Source of the DNA: a virus
Lineage: Duplodnaviria; Caudoviricetes
Length of the DNA: 64,000 bases
Strand: one strand, 5' to 3'
IMG/VR virus record: IMGVR_UViG_2806310979_000001
Span: 32,001-96,000 of that record
The notes below the pieces were generated by a model. The model made no database searches. It was given only the letters and a program-made list of their open reading frames with translations, and was not told the origin of the DNA. Position 1 is the stretch's first letter; each line of letters begins with the position of its first letter. Below are positions 38,140-48,117 of the stretch, one piece after another. Position numbers and translations under genes: made by a program.

Positions 38140-38310
38140 ATGAAGGAACTGATGAAAGAGTTAAACAGCATAAAAAAATATATTCCATATAATACGTTCC
38201 GCACCATCAAAGGACAGATAAAGTCCGGCAACGTGGAAGCAGCAAGAACGGGAATCAGCAGAATAAAGAAAAGAGCGGAGGGACAGATGCATGGACACAC
38301 TTGCAATTGA
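38140..38310 (+). CDS. Small phage hypothetical protein
   Basis: RBS AAGGAG; RTIKGQ..SG..EAA..GI; overlaps polymerase start. Confidence 0.6.
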   Translation: MKELMKELNSIKKYIPYNTFRTIKGQIKSGNVEAARTGISRIKKRAEGQMHGHTCN

Positions 38311-40225
38311 TATTGAAACTTATTCGGATGTGTCACTGCCGGACTGCGGGGTACACAGATATGCAGCATCGGAGCAGTTCGAGATCCTTTTGTTTGCATA
38401 CAGTCTGAATGACGAACCGACACAGATCATTGACCTGGCATCTGGGGAGAAGATCCCGGATGAGATCATGGAATATCTTATGGATGATTCCGTAATAAAG
38501 ACCGCCTATAATGCAGCATTCGAGCGGAACTGTATCAACCGATTCTTCGGTCTTTCCTTAAAACCGGAAGGATGGAGATGTACGCTTGTCCAGGCATCCA
38601 TGCTGTCACTTCCGCTGTCACTGGAAGGCGTGGGGGAAGCATTGAACCTTGATAAGAAAAAGATGTCCGAGGGAAAAGACCTCATCCGCTATTTCTGTAT
38701 GCCGTGCAGGCCTACCAAGGCAAACGGGGGCAGGACAAGGAATCTTCCGTCTGATGCACCGGAGAAGTGGGAACTGTTCAAGACATACTGCATCCGTGAC
38801 GTGGATGTGGAAAAACAGATCAGGAATAAACTTGCGAAGTTTCCGATACCGGACAGGGAGCAGAAACTCTACTGCATGGACCAGAGGATCAATGACAGGG
38901 GCATCATGGTGGATCAGGAGCTGATCGGACACGCTGTGGCATGCGACCTTCTGTATAAGGAGACGGTAACGAAGAAGGCATACGAGATATCCGGGCTGGA
39001 AAATCCGAACAGCGTATCACAGCTTAAGGACTGGCTGAATGAAAAGGGCATTGAGGTGGATTCCCTTGCCAAGGCTGCCGTGGAAGAACTGGTGGAGAAC
39101 ACACAGGGTGATGTGGCAGAAATGATGAAGCTGAGACTTGCCATGTCAAAGACATCCGTAAAGAAGTACGAAGCAATGGAGCGTTCGGTATGTCCTGATG
39201 GCAGGGTGCATGGATTATTACAGTTTTACGGGGCCAACCGCACGGGCAGATGGGCCGGCAGGCTCGTGCAGATCCATAACCTTCCGCAGAACCATATGGA
39301 AGACCTGGAACTGGCACGCTCCCTTGTAAAGGAAGGCAGATATGACCTGGTGGAGCTTTTGTATGATTCCACACCGGATGTGCTTTCGGAGCTGATCCGT
39401 ACCGCATTCGTGGCAAGACCCGGATGCAGATTCATCGTCAGCGATTTTTCGGCAATCGAGGCGAGGGTCATGGGCTACCTTGCCGGAGAGGGCTGGGTCA
39501 TGGAGGAGTTCCGTGGTGCCGGAAAGATCTATGAGCAGACGGCATCCAAGATGTTCCATATCCCAATTGGAGAGATCACAAAGGGAAGCCCGTACCGTGC
39601 AAGGGGAAAGGTGGCATCACTTGCCTGTCAGTATGGCGGTGCGGAAGGTGCGCTCATCAGCATGGGAGCATTAAATTTTGTGGAAGAAGAGGAACTGAAA
39701 GGGCTGGTGCAGTCATGGCGGACTGCAAATCCGCACATCGTAAATTACTGGTATGAAATTGACGGTGCAGTAAAGGCTGCCGTGAAAGAGAGGAAGATGA
39801 CAAAGGTCGGAATGGTGACGGTATATTACCAGTCCGGGATGTTAAAGATCGCACTGCCGTCCGGAAGGGTGCTGTCCTATGTAAGACCGAGGATGACCGT
39901 GAACCGCTTCGGCTCGGAAAGTGTCAGCTATGAAGGAATCGGCACGAACCGCAAGTGGACAAGGATCGAATCTTACGGTGCAAAATTCTGTGAAAATATC
40001 GTCCAAGCAACCGCAAGGGATGTGCTGGCAGAGGCAATGCTCCGTCTGGAAAAGAAGGGATTTGATATTGTGTGCCACATCCATGATGAAGTGGTGCTTG
40101 AAGTGCCGGAGGGGTCATCCTCGGTGGAAGAAGTAAATGAGATCATGGCGGTATGCCCTGACTGGTGTGAGGGGCTTCCACTTAAGGCTGCCGGATTTGA
40201 AAGTCCGTTTTACAAGAAAGATTAG
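38291..40225 (+). CDS. Family A DNA polymerase (3'-5' exonuclease plus polymerase), Leu at the position equivalent to E. coli F762
   Basis: DIETYS, AYNAAFE, RTGRWAG, DFSAIEARV, R..GKVASLACQYG, HIHDEV. Confidence 0.96.
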   Translation: MDTLAIDIETYSDVSLPDCGVHRYAASEQFEILLFAYSLNDEPTQIIDLASGEKIPDEIMEYLMDDSVIKTAYNAAFERNCINRFFGLSLKPEGWRCTLVQASMLSLPLSLEGVGEALNLDKKKMSEGKDLIRYFCMPCRPTKANGGRTRNLPSDAPEKWELFKTYCIRDVDVEKQIRNKLAKFPIPDREQKLYCMDQRINDRGIMVDQELIGHAVACDLLYKETVTKKAYEISGLENPNSVSQLKDWLNEKGIEVDSLAKAAVEELVENTQGDVAEMMKLRLAMSKTSVKKYEAMERSVCPDGRVHGLLQFYGANRTGRWAGRLVQIHNLPQNHMEDLELARSLVKEGRYDLVELLYDSTPDVLSELIRTAFVARPGCRFIVSDFSAIEARVMGYLAGEGWVMEEFRGAGKIYEQTASKMFHIPIGEITKGSPYRARGKVASLACQYGGAEGALISMGALNFVEEEELKGLVQSWRTANPHIVNYWYEIDGAVKAAVKERKMTKVGMVTVYYQSGMLKIALPSGRVLSYVRPRMTVNRFGSESVSYEGIGTNRKWTRIESYGAKFCENIVQATARDVLAEAMLRLEKKGFDIVCHIHDEVVLEVPEGSSSVEEVNEIMAVCPDWCEGLPLKAAGFESPFYKKD

Positions 40226-40234
40226 GAGGAACTT

Positions 40235-40381
40235 ATGGGAGGATGCAACAGGTAAGGGTATCCGGATCCGACCGCAGGTATTGCAATCGGACGGGTTATG
40301 AAACAGGAAAAGCGTAAAAAGAAGGAGGTAAAGAAGGATGTTCGTATCGATCGGAAACTCAAGAATGGACAAAAAGTTTAA
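40235..40381 (+). pseudogene. Small phage gene interrupted by nonsense codon
   Basis: RBS AGGAGG, MGGCNR*GYPDPTAGIAIGRV...; TAA at 40253 where GAA would restore the N-x-EGYxDPT motif; frame otherwise open to 40381. Confidence 0.65.
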
Positions 40382-42722
40382 CTGTACGGATATGACATAT
40401 GAAGATTTTGTCAGCCGTCTGTCCAAGACAAAATATACTGCGGAAACAATGGAGCAGTACAGGAAGATGCCGAAAGGACAGCAGGACAATATCAAGGATG
40501 TCGGAGGATTCGTCCTTGGAAAGCTGAAGGGCGGACGAAGGAAGAAGGACTGCGTAATCTCCAGATCCGCCATCACGCTTGATATGGATTACGGGACACA
40601 GGGCATTATTGATGAACTGGAAATGTTTTTTGACATGAAGATGGTGGTGTATTCCACACATAAGCATACACCAGAGAAACCGAGGCTTCGTATCATCATA
40701 TTCCTGACAAGGGATGTGACACCTGATGAGTACGGGGCTGCCAGCCGTATGCTTGCATCGGATATCGGCATCGAGCTTTTCGATGATTCCACCTATGAAC
40801 CATCAAGACTCATGTACTGGCCGAGCACCTCCAGTGACGGTGAGTATGTGTTTCAGGAGATCGAAGGAAACGAAGTTGATCCCGATGAAGTACTGTCCCG
40901 TTATAAGGACTGGCATGATGTATCAACATGGCCGGTCAGCAACCGTCAGGCATCCGTTGTGCAGAGGGATATCAAAAAACAGGCTGACCCGCTTTCCAAG
41001 GACGGGCTGATCGGAGCTTTTAACCGCACATACACGGTGACACAGGCAATCGACAAATTCATCCCGGATGTATACAGGCATTCAAGGGCAATCCCCGGAA
41101 GATACGATTATATTCCGGCGGACTCTGCTGCCGGAGTCGTGGTCTATGATGATCTGTTCGTATACAGCCACCATGCAACAGACCCATGCTGCGGAAAGCT
41201 GATGAATGCGTTTGATGTGATAAGGCTTCATAAATTCGGGGACAAGGATACAAGGGCAGCCGAAGGGACAGAGCCGGGAAAACTCCCGTCTTTCAAAGCC
41301 ATGCAGGATTTTGCTTCTGCAGATGAAGAAGTAAAGAACACACTTGCCAGGGAAAGACAGGAGCTGGCGGTACAGGAATTTTCCACCGAGCCAGACGAGG
41401 ACTGGCAGAACAAGCTGGCACTTGACCGCAGGGGAAATATTAAGGATACACTGCAGAACATCGCACTGATCATTCGCAATGATGAGAATTTCAAGCATAT
41501 CGTGTACAACGAGTTCAAGGACACCATTGATGTCATCGGTCCGCTTCCGTGGAAACAGGTAAAGCCTGGATGGAATGACTCCGACCTTGCCAATGCAAAG
41601 GTGTATTTCGAGCGGGTGTACGGGATCTGGTCACCGACCAAGTTTAAGGATGCACTGCTTGCCGTGGTGTCATCCGACAGGCTTTATCATCCAATCAAGG
41701 ATTATTTTGCAACACTTCACTGGGACGGACAGGAGCGTATCGATACACTGCTCATCGACTATTTTGGTGCAAAAGATTCACCGTACACAAGGGCAGTCAT
41801 CCGCAAGACACTGGTGGCTGCGGTAGCACGTATCTATAAGCCGGGAGTAAAGTTCGATTCCATCCTCGTATTGAACGGTCCGCAGGGAATGGGAAAATCC
41901 ACCTTCTTTGCCATCCTTGGAAAGCAGTGGTTCTCGGATTCCTTATCCATTTCGGATATGAGGGATAAGACTGCTGCCGAGAAGCTGCTCGGAAACTGGA
42001 TACTTGAGATCAGCGAGATGAATGGTATCCGCAAGACGGAAGTCGAGGTAGTAAAATCCTTTGTCACCCGTCAGGATGATAAGTTCCGTCAGGCATACGG
42101 AGTCAATGTAGAGTCCCACCCAAGAAAATGCATCATTGTGGGAAGCACCAACTCTGAAGGCGGATTCTTACGTGACGTAACAGGAAACAGAAGGTTCTGG
42201 CCGGTGCATGTGCCGGGAACGGGAAAGCACCATCCGTGGCAGCTTGACTGTGTCGACCAGATCTGGGCAGAGGCAATCCATCTGTATAACGAAGGCGAGG
42301 AGCTGTTCCTAAAAGGTGCGGAGGCAGAAGAAGCCTATAAGATGCAGCAGGAGGCAATGGAGTCGGATGACCGTGAAGGAATCGTGCAGGATTACCTTGA
42401 CAGACTGCTGCCGGATAATTGGGCATCGATGGATATCTACCAGAGAAGGGCATTCCTAGGCGGTGGTGAGTTTGAGACAGTTGGTGTAAAGGGAACGGCC
42501 GTGCGTGAGCGTGTCTGCATCATGGAGATATGGGTGGAGTGCTTCGGCAAGGAACGCCAGAACTTAAAAAAGGCGGATTCCTATGAGATTGAGGGCATCT
42601 TAAACAAGATCGGGGGATGGAAGAAGTATGATTCCAATACCACGGGCAAGACCAAAGTCCCCCTTTACGGAGTGCAGAAGACTTTTGTGCGGATGGATGA
42701 GAAACCAGAGGAAACCCGTTAG
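40338..42722 (+). CDS. Primase-helicase of VapE/VirE family
   Basis: TLDMD, YSTHKH.P..PRLR primase-like N-terminus; GPQGMGKS Walker A; LRD.TGNRRFWPV. Confidence 0.92.
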   Translation: MFVSIGNSRMDKKFNCTDMTYEDFVSRLSKTKYTAETMEQYRKMPKGQQDNIKDVGGFVLGKLKGGRRKKDCVISRSAITLDMDYGTQGIIDELEMFFDMKMVVYSTHKHTPEKPRLRIIIFLTRDVTPDEYGAASRMLASDIGIELFDDSTYEPSRLMYWPSTSSDGEYVFQEIEGNEVDPDEVLSRYKDWHDVSTWPVSNRQASVVQRDIKKQADPLSKDGLIGAFNRTYTVTQAIDKFIPDVYRHSRAIPGRYDYIPADSAAGVVVYDDLFVYSHHATDPCCGKLMNAFDVIRLHKFGDKDTRAAEGTEPGKLPSFKAMQDFASADEEVKNTLARERQELAVQEFSTEPDEDWQNKLALDRRGNIKDTLQNIALIIRNDENFKHIVYNEFKDTIDVIGPLPWKQVKPGWNDSDLANAKVYFERVYGIWSPTKFKDALLAVVSSDRLYHPIKDYFATLHWDGQERIDTLLIDYFGAKDSPYTRAVIRKTLVAAVARIYKPGVKFDSILVLNGPQGMGKSTFFAILGKQWFSDSLSISDMRDKTAAEKLLGNWILEISEMNGIRKTEVEVVKSFVTRQDDKFRQAYGVNVESHPRKCIIVGSTNSEGGFLRDVTGNRRFWPVHVPGTGKHHPWQLDCVDQIWAEAIHLYNEGEELFLKGAEAEEAYKMQQEAMESDDREGIVQDYLDRLLPDNWASMDIYQRRAFLGGGEFETVGVKGTAVRERVCIMEIWVECFGKERQNLKKADSYEIEGILNKIGGWKKYDSNTTGKTKVPLYGVQKTFVRMDEKPEETR

Positions 42723-42925
42723 GCGGTTTCCGAGGTTTCCCAGATGCAGATGGGCAACGGTAGTCGGAAACCGTGCTGACACCTTGGAAAATAAGGGGTT
42801 GCGGTTCTTAGTTTCCCAGTTTCCCATTAAATCCAGTTGAGAATTAAAAATAAAGATAAAAAGAGTAATTCATGTATATATGCGCGTATAGGAGTTAAAG
42901 GCATATGGCAACCGCAATCGGCAAA
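42710..42925. other. Putative phage replication origin region
   Basis: Non-coding cluster of GGAAAC/GTTTCC/GGCAAC short repeats plus AT-rich tract directly after primase-helicase. Confidence 0.45.
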
Positions 42926-42939
42926 GGAGGTATCTGGTT

Positions 42940-43221
42940 TTGCTAGAAAGTACAGTAGAGAGACATTTGAGGGAAGAAGCTAAAAAGCGGAAAGGCATGG
43001 CGTTAAAGTTCGTATCGCCCAGTATGAATGGAGTGCCTGACCGCATCGTCCTGATGCCGGACGGGAAAATGGCATTTGTGGAACTGAAAGCACCGGGGAA
43101 GAAGCCGAGACCGCTTCAGCTGAAGAGAAAGAGGATGCTTGAGAGGTTAGGATTTCCCGTTTATGTAGTTGATAATATCGAACAGATCGGAGGTATCCTT
43201 GATGAAATACAAAGCACATGA
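42940..43221 (+). CDS. VRR-NUC nuclease
   Basis: E..VE, KFVSP...GVPDRIV, FVELKAPG..PRPLQ. Confidence 0.92.
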   Translation: MLESTVERHLREEAKKRKGMALKFVSPSMNGVPDRIVLMPDGKMAFVELKAPGKKPRPLQLKRKRMLERLGFPVYVVDNIEQIGGILDEIQST

Positions 43222-44575
43222 TTATCAGCAGTATGCAACAGATTTTATAATCGAACATCCCGTGAGCTGCCTGATCCTTGACATGGGACTTGGCAAAACG
43301 GTCATTACGCTTACGGCACTGTGGCTTCTGCTGTTTGACTATTTTGAAGTAAGACGGATCCTGGTGATCGCACCAAAACGTGTGGCAGAGACCACATGGC
43401 CGGCAGAGATAAAAAAGTGGGAGCATCTTTACGGCATGACATCTGCAGTGGCAATGGGAACTGCAGCACAGAGAAAAGAAGCACTTCTGTCAGGAGCCGA
43501 TGTGACCATCATCGGAAGGGACAATGTTTCGTGGATGACAAAAAATATGTTTTTTGATTTTGACATGGTCATCATCGATGAGCTGTCGAGCTTCAAGTCC
43601 CCAAAGGCACAGAGGTTCAAAGACCTGAAAAAAGTAAGGCCGATGGCAAAGCGGGTGGTCGGACTTACCGGAACACCGGGAAATCTTATGGACCTGTGGG
43701 CGGAGATAGGGATTCTTGATATGGGGCAGAGGCTTGGGAGATTCATCGGTGGATACCGTGACAGGTTCTTTATTCCGGATAAGCGTAACCGGGAAATCAT
43801 CTTTTCGTATAAGCCAAGGGAAGGTGCGGAAGAAAAAATATATGAACTGATTTCCGATATCAGCATTTCCATGAAAGCCGTGGATTATCTTGATATGCCG
43901 GAATGCATAAGCAACCGTGTATCCGTTACCATGTCGGAATCCGAACAGGTTCTTTATGACAGGATGTCAGATGAGATGATCCTTGAATACGGAGAAGGAC
44001 AGGACATCGATGCGGTAAATGCAGCAGTACTTTCCAACAAGCTCCAGCAGATGGCGAACGGAGCTGTCTATGATGAATCCGGCAATGTCAGAAATATTCA
44101 TGACAGAAAACTGGATGCTTTGGAAGACCTTATTGAATCGGCAAATGGGAAACCGCTTCTGGTTGCGTACTGGTTCAAGCATGACAGGGAGAGGATACTA
44201 AAGAGATTTCCGGCAAGGGATATCAATACAAAGAAAGATATTGATGACTGGAATGCCGGAAAGATCCCCGTTGCACTGATCCATCCGGCATCGGCAGGAC
44301 ACGGACTGAATCTTCAGGAGGGCGGTTCAACCATCGTATGGTTTTCCCTTACATGGTCCCTTGAGTTATATCAGCAGCTTAATGCCAGACTTTACAGACA
44401 GGGACAGAAACACACGGTTGTCATAGAGCATCTGGTAACGGACGGGACGGTTGATGAGGATATCCTCCGTGCAATCGAGAGGAAGGACAATACACAGAAT
44501 GCAATGATAGAAGCGGTAAAGGCAAGGATTGGAGGTATGGCGGATGACGGCAGAAGTAATGATGAAGGAATATAA
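43202..44575 (+). CDS. SNF2-family helicase
   Basis: LDMGLGKT, IIDELS, GLTGTP, HPASAGHGLNLQ, QLNARLYRQGQ. Confidence 0.94.
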   Translation: MKYKAHDYQQYATDFIIEHPVSCLILDMGLGKTVITLTALWLLLFDYFEVRRILVIAPKRVAETTWPAEIKKWEHLYGMTSAVAMGTAAQRKEALLSGADVTIIGRDNVSWMTKNMFFDFDMVIIDELSSFKSPKAQRFKDLKKVRPMAKRVVGLTGTPGNLMDLWAEIGILDMGQRLGRFIGGYRDRFFIPDKRNREIIFSYKPREGAEEKIYELISDISISMKAVDYLDMPECISNRVSVTMSESEQVLYDRMSDEMILEYGEGQDIDAVNAAVLSNKLQQMANGAVYDESGNVRNIHDRKLDALEDLIESANGKPLLVAYWFKHDRERILKRFPARDINTKKDIDDWNAGKIPVALIHPASAGHGLNLQEGGSTIVWFSLTWSLELYQQLNARLYRQGQKHTVVIEHLVTDGTVDEDILRAIERKDNTQNAMIEAVKARIGGMADDGRSNDEGI

Positions 44576-45029
44576 GAACATGAAAAAGGAACTGACCGTG
44601 ACTGAGTTCCAGCTCTGTCAGTTTCAGGGAGTGAGCGAACAGGACATGATCGATTCCATGCTTTATTCCCACCCGGAAGGGGAAAGGGTGCAGACTAACA
44701 CTCTTTCCGATAAGACGGCAAACATAGCGATCAAGTATAGGACAGCGATGGAAAGGGAAAATGACGAGTGGTATGAATTCCTTTTCCACAGATATATGTT
44801 CCTGAAGGAAGAACTGGAATTTTTCGAGCATGCGGTAAGCAGACTGGAAGAAAAACATAGAAGCATCATCACGGATCTTCTGGATGAGGATATGACATGG
44901 GACATCATGATGGATCGATACCATGTGAGCCACACGATGATAGCAAAGTACAGAAAAGCAGCATTAAAGGAACTTGATAAACAGTATGAACTTAGGGACA
45001 GACAGGTGGAAGCCTTTGTTCTCGGATAG
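44544..45029 (+). CDS. Probable late transcriptional activator (RinA/ArpU-like)
   Basis: SDKTANIA, C-terminal sigma-region-4-like HTH; position at end of replication block. Confidence 0.65.
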   Translation: MTAEVMMKEYKNMKKELTVTEFQLCQFQGVSEQDMIDSMLYSHPEGERVQTNTLSDKTANIAIKYRTAMERENDEWYEFLFHRYMFLKEELEFFEHAVSRLEEKHRSIITDLLDEDMTWDIMMDRYHVSHTMIAKYRKAALKELDKQYELRDRQVEAFVLG

Positions 45030-45037
45030 GAGGTTTT

Positions 45038-45394
45038 ATGTGTAAGCGTGGAGATATTTACTATGTGGATTTTGGTGAGAAGGCAGGAAGCAAACAGGGC
45101 GGTATCCGTCCGGTACTGGTGGTAAGCAATAATAAGGCAAATAAGCATTCCCCTGTTGTTACGGTCGTTCCGCTTTCTGCAAGGGTGTGGAAGAAAAAGT
45201 ATCTTCCGACCCATGTGCAGATTCCCAAAGGCAGCGGTCTGAATAAGCCGAGCATGGCTCTGGCGGAACAGGTGGAAACACTTGATAAGACAAGGCTTGG
45301 TGACAGAATCGGGGAAGTGCTGGATGACATGGTCATGGAACAGATCACCGTGGCACTTCAGATACAGATAGGTGCATATGCAGAGTACAATTAA
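45038..45394 (+). CDS. PemK/MazF-family endoribonuclease toxin
   Basis: RGDIYYVDF...GSKQGGIRPVLVVSN..N, THV, SMALAEQVETLDK.RL. Confidence 0.92.
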   Translation: MCKRGDIYYVDFGEKAGSKQGGIRPVLVVSNNKANKHSPVVTVVPLSARVWKKKYLPTHVQIPKGSGLNKPSMALAEQVETLDKTRLGDRIGEVLDDMVMEQITVALQIQIGAYAEYN

Positions 45395-45419
45395 GGCAGT
45401 CAGACGGCTGTCTTTTTTG
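45394..45419 (+). terminator. Intrinsic terminator
   Basis: AGGCAGTC-AGAC-GGCTGTCT-TTTTT. Confidence 0.75.
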
Positions 45420-45482
45420 TTTGCACTATGGTAAAATCTTAATATGCTTTTAATGTGTGAAATTGGGAAGGCGTGATATTTT

Positions 45483-46886
45483 ATGTCCTATGAAGAAGAT
45501 TATAGAGAACCTTATCGTGCAAAATGCGTTTGTGGTCGGGGTTACTTACAATTTTACAGGATACATCTGTCAAATGACTGGGGACAGGAAAAAGAGAATG
45601 ACACGGCTGTTGAGATTTTCTGTGAAAGTTGTAAGAAAAAATATCATTATGAGAGAAATTACGGAAGCGATTATTTAGTCCCAGATGGATTATCATTTCC
45701 AAATCAGATCCCTGAATTGAATAGAAAATATTCTTATAACGATAAGGAACAGCTTGTAAAAAAATATGGACGGGAAAGAATAGAGGCTATGGTAGCAGAT
45801 ATGACTGCACCAAAGCATCGTTTTATAAAAAATCTGGAAAATGACGATGCAATTAAATTTGCAAATCGCTGGGCGCAGTGGTATAGAAAAAAATCACTGT
45901 CACCTATGATTTCATATTTACAAAATATTCTGGATCAATATAGTGATTTAGAGAGCAGCATTGAGTGTAAAAAACCATACAATGAAAAGTATCATCAGGA
46001 AATGAATGCTTTTTCAAAGATGGAAATGGAAACAGAGAAGAATAGTTATAGGCTGTCATTCCAATATGATAAAAAACAGGATGAAGCCGATAAAGAGAGA
46101 AGAAGACGGGAGCAGGAACGCTACGAAGAAGAACATCGATATGATGATTTTGAGGCAGTTGTTCATTATGATCCGTCATATAAAAGAGATTTTTCCAATC
46201 AATACTGGGACAGTTATTTTATAAAAGAGTGTACAGATATGCAGCATCTGTCTTTAGATAAGCCGGAATATGGAAAACCAGTAATAACAATTGCAAAAGA
46301 ATATGCCTGCGTGTGCCAGATTTGTGGAAAGGAAGAGAAGATACTTTCATCTAGCATGAAGATATCATATGATGAGGAACGAGGGTATTATCTGGAAAAA
46401 AGCTGTAGCTGTCACGGTGTTTCATCTTTTGAAGCAAAAACAATGGATATATTAGATCAACTGGGAATTACTTATATCCGGGAAAAATCCTTTGATGGCT
46501 TGGTTGGAGATTCCGGAAAGAATCTTCGGTTTGATTTCATATTGTCAAAATCAGTAGACGAAACTGGGAAAGCAATATTTGATCTGGCAATAGAATTACA
46601 GGGACCACACCATTATAAAAAAGGATATTATGATGAGTTCGGTACATACGTAACAGACGATTGTTCGGACAATAAAAGTATAAATGACAGGTTTGAGCGT
46701 CAGCTAAAATACGATGATAAAAAGAAGAAATATTGTCAGCAGCATGGAATCAGCTTAGAGTGCATTAAATATACGGCATCTAATGATATTGATCGTTTAG
46801 AAAAGATGCTTAGAAATATTTTGAAACAGCACGGATATCGGTATTTCGTTGAGAACGAGAAGCATGGTGAACAGATGGTGTACTAG
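45483..46886 (+). CDS. AT-rich moron: Zn-ribbon protein with C-terminal Vsr/DUF559-like PD-(D/E)xK nuclease domain
   Basis: CVCG/CESC, CQIC/CSC; S.FE...IL...Y.RE.SF..L...LRFDF...IELQG.HHY...D..KK.YC. Confidence 0.7.
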   Translation: MSYEEDYREPYRAKCVCGRGYLQFYRIHLSNDWGQEKENDTAVEIFCESCKKKYHYERNYGSDYLVPDGLSFPNQIPELNRKYSYNDKEQLVKKYGRERIEAMVADMTAPKHRFIKNLENDDAIKFANRWAQWYRKKSLSPMISYLQNILDQYSDLESSIECKKPYNEKYHQEMNAFSKMEMETEKNSYRLSFQYDKKQDEADKERRRREQERYEEEHRYDDFEAVVHYDPSYKRDFSNQYWDSYFIKECTDMQHLSLDKPEYGKPVITIAKEYACVCQICGKEEKILSSSMKISYDEERGYYLEKSCSCHGVSSFEAKTMDILDQLGITYIREKSFDGLVGDSGKNLRFDFILSKSVDETGKAIFDLAIELQGPHHYKKGYYDEFGTYVTDDCSDNKSINDRFERQLKYDDKKKKYCQQHGISLECIKYTASNDIDRLEKMLRNILKQHGYRYFVENEKHGEQMVY

Positions 46887-46909
46887 AGGTGCACTAAAGG
46901 TGTACTGAC
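46877..46909 (+). repeat. Three 11-bp direct repeats, putative late-activator binding site
   Basis: GGTGTACTAGA GGTGCACTAAA GGTGTACTGAC followed by extended -10 TGCTATGAT (46925-46933). Confidence 0.7.
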
Positions 46910-47044
46910 TTTTTATTTTACAGGTGCTATGATTAAGATGGCAAAAATCGAAGGGAGCAGAAATGCTCCTTTTCTTTATGCCCGGAGGCGGTGTCTTTCC
47001 AATCCTTTCACACCGCCCGTGTACATAGAAGGGAGGAATGGCAG

Positions 47045-47398
47045 ATGCCGATGAAACCAAAGAAACCGTGCAGACATCCCGGATGTCCGAAGCTGACAGA
47101 CGGTCTGTACTGTGAGGAGCATGAAGCACTGCACCGTGGTGACAGGGCGAGCAGCAGTAAGCGTGGTTACAATAGGCGGTGGCAGAAGGCAAGGGCGAGG
47201 TACTTAAAAGCACATCCTTTGTGCGTGCAGTGCATGAAGGAAGGCAGGGCAGTGACCGCAACCGTTGTCGACCATGTGAAGCCACACCGTGGTGATCCCG
47301 TTCTGTTCTGGGACGAGAAGAACTGGCAGAGCTTATGCAAACCTTGTCATGATAAAAAGACATGGAACGAGGATAACAATCCTGAGTATCGGTTCTGA
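47045..47398 (+). CDS. Packaging-associated HNH endonuclease (HK97 gp74-like)
   Basis: CRHPGC, YCEEH, PLCVQC, VDHVKPH.G, NWQSLCKPCHDKKT. Confidence 0.93.
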   Translation: MPMKPKKPCRHPGCPKLTDGLYCEEHEALHRGDRASSSKRGYNRRWQKARARYLKAHPLCVQCMKEGRAVTATVVDHVKPHRGDPVLFWDEKNWQSLCKPCHDKKTWNEDNNPEYRF

Positions 47399-47661
47399 TG
47401 GCAGACCGTGGGGGTATCAAAATCTCTACGGAGTGAACCGCTGAAGACCGATGGCCCCCTTTGCGTGAATTTTCGCAGAATTAAACAGGGGGGATATAAA
47501 AAGGGTATGGTAATTTTCGCAGAATGTACTTAAAACACGGCAAAAAGGGGTATTTCCTTTTGCCGGAAAATCAGGAAAAAAGCATTATTTAAGGCTGGAA
47601 AACAGTGTAAAAACATTGTTTTTCCGGTCTTTTTTTGTGTGCCGAAAGGAGAGTGGAAAGG

Positions 47662-48117
47662 ATGACGGACGCACAGGCAAAGCAGATCAACGAGATGCGT
47701 ATGCGTGGCATGGGATATAAAGCCATCGGGATGGCAATCGGACTGTCCCGTGACATCGTAAGGAATTACTGCAAGAGACACAACCTCGCCGGATACGCCA
47801 CTGTGGTTTCAAAAAATATGAAACTCATGGTGGACGGTAAAGAGGTGTGCCACTTCTGCGGTAATGCGATCACGCAGCCAAAAACTGGCAGACCGAGAAG
47901 GTTCTGCTGTGAAAAATGCAGGAGGGAATGGTGGAAAGCACATCCCGAAGCAGTACAGAAAAGTGAAAAGGCTTCTTACACGCTTGTATGTGAGCAGTGC
48001 GGGAAGTCTTTCATTTCCTATGGAAACAAGAACAGAAAATACTGCGGCCGTGAATGTTATTTCCGGCACAGATTTTTAGCAGAGGAGGATATGGAAGATG
48101 CAGTTTCAGAGTTATAA
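47662..48117 (+). CDS. HTH plus Zn-finger phage protein
   Basis: GMGYKAIGMAIGLSRDIVRNYC; CHFC, FCCEKCR, CEQC, YCGREC. Confidence 0.75.
   Translation: MTDAQAKQINEMRMRGMGYKAIGMAIGLSRDIVRNYCKRHNLAGYATVVSKNMKLMVDGKEVCHFCGNAITQPKTGRPRRFCCEKCRREWWKAHPEAVQKSEKASYTLVCEQCGKSFISYGNKNRKYCGRECYFRHRFLAEEDMEDAVSEL

Noticed and set aside
47400-47500. Exact cos site after the HNH gene
   Set aside because: Position is plausible for cos in HNH/P27-terS phages, but cut coordinates cannot be supported from sequence alone
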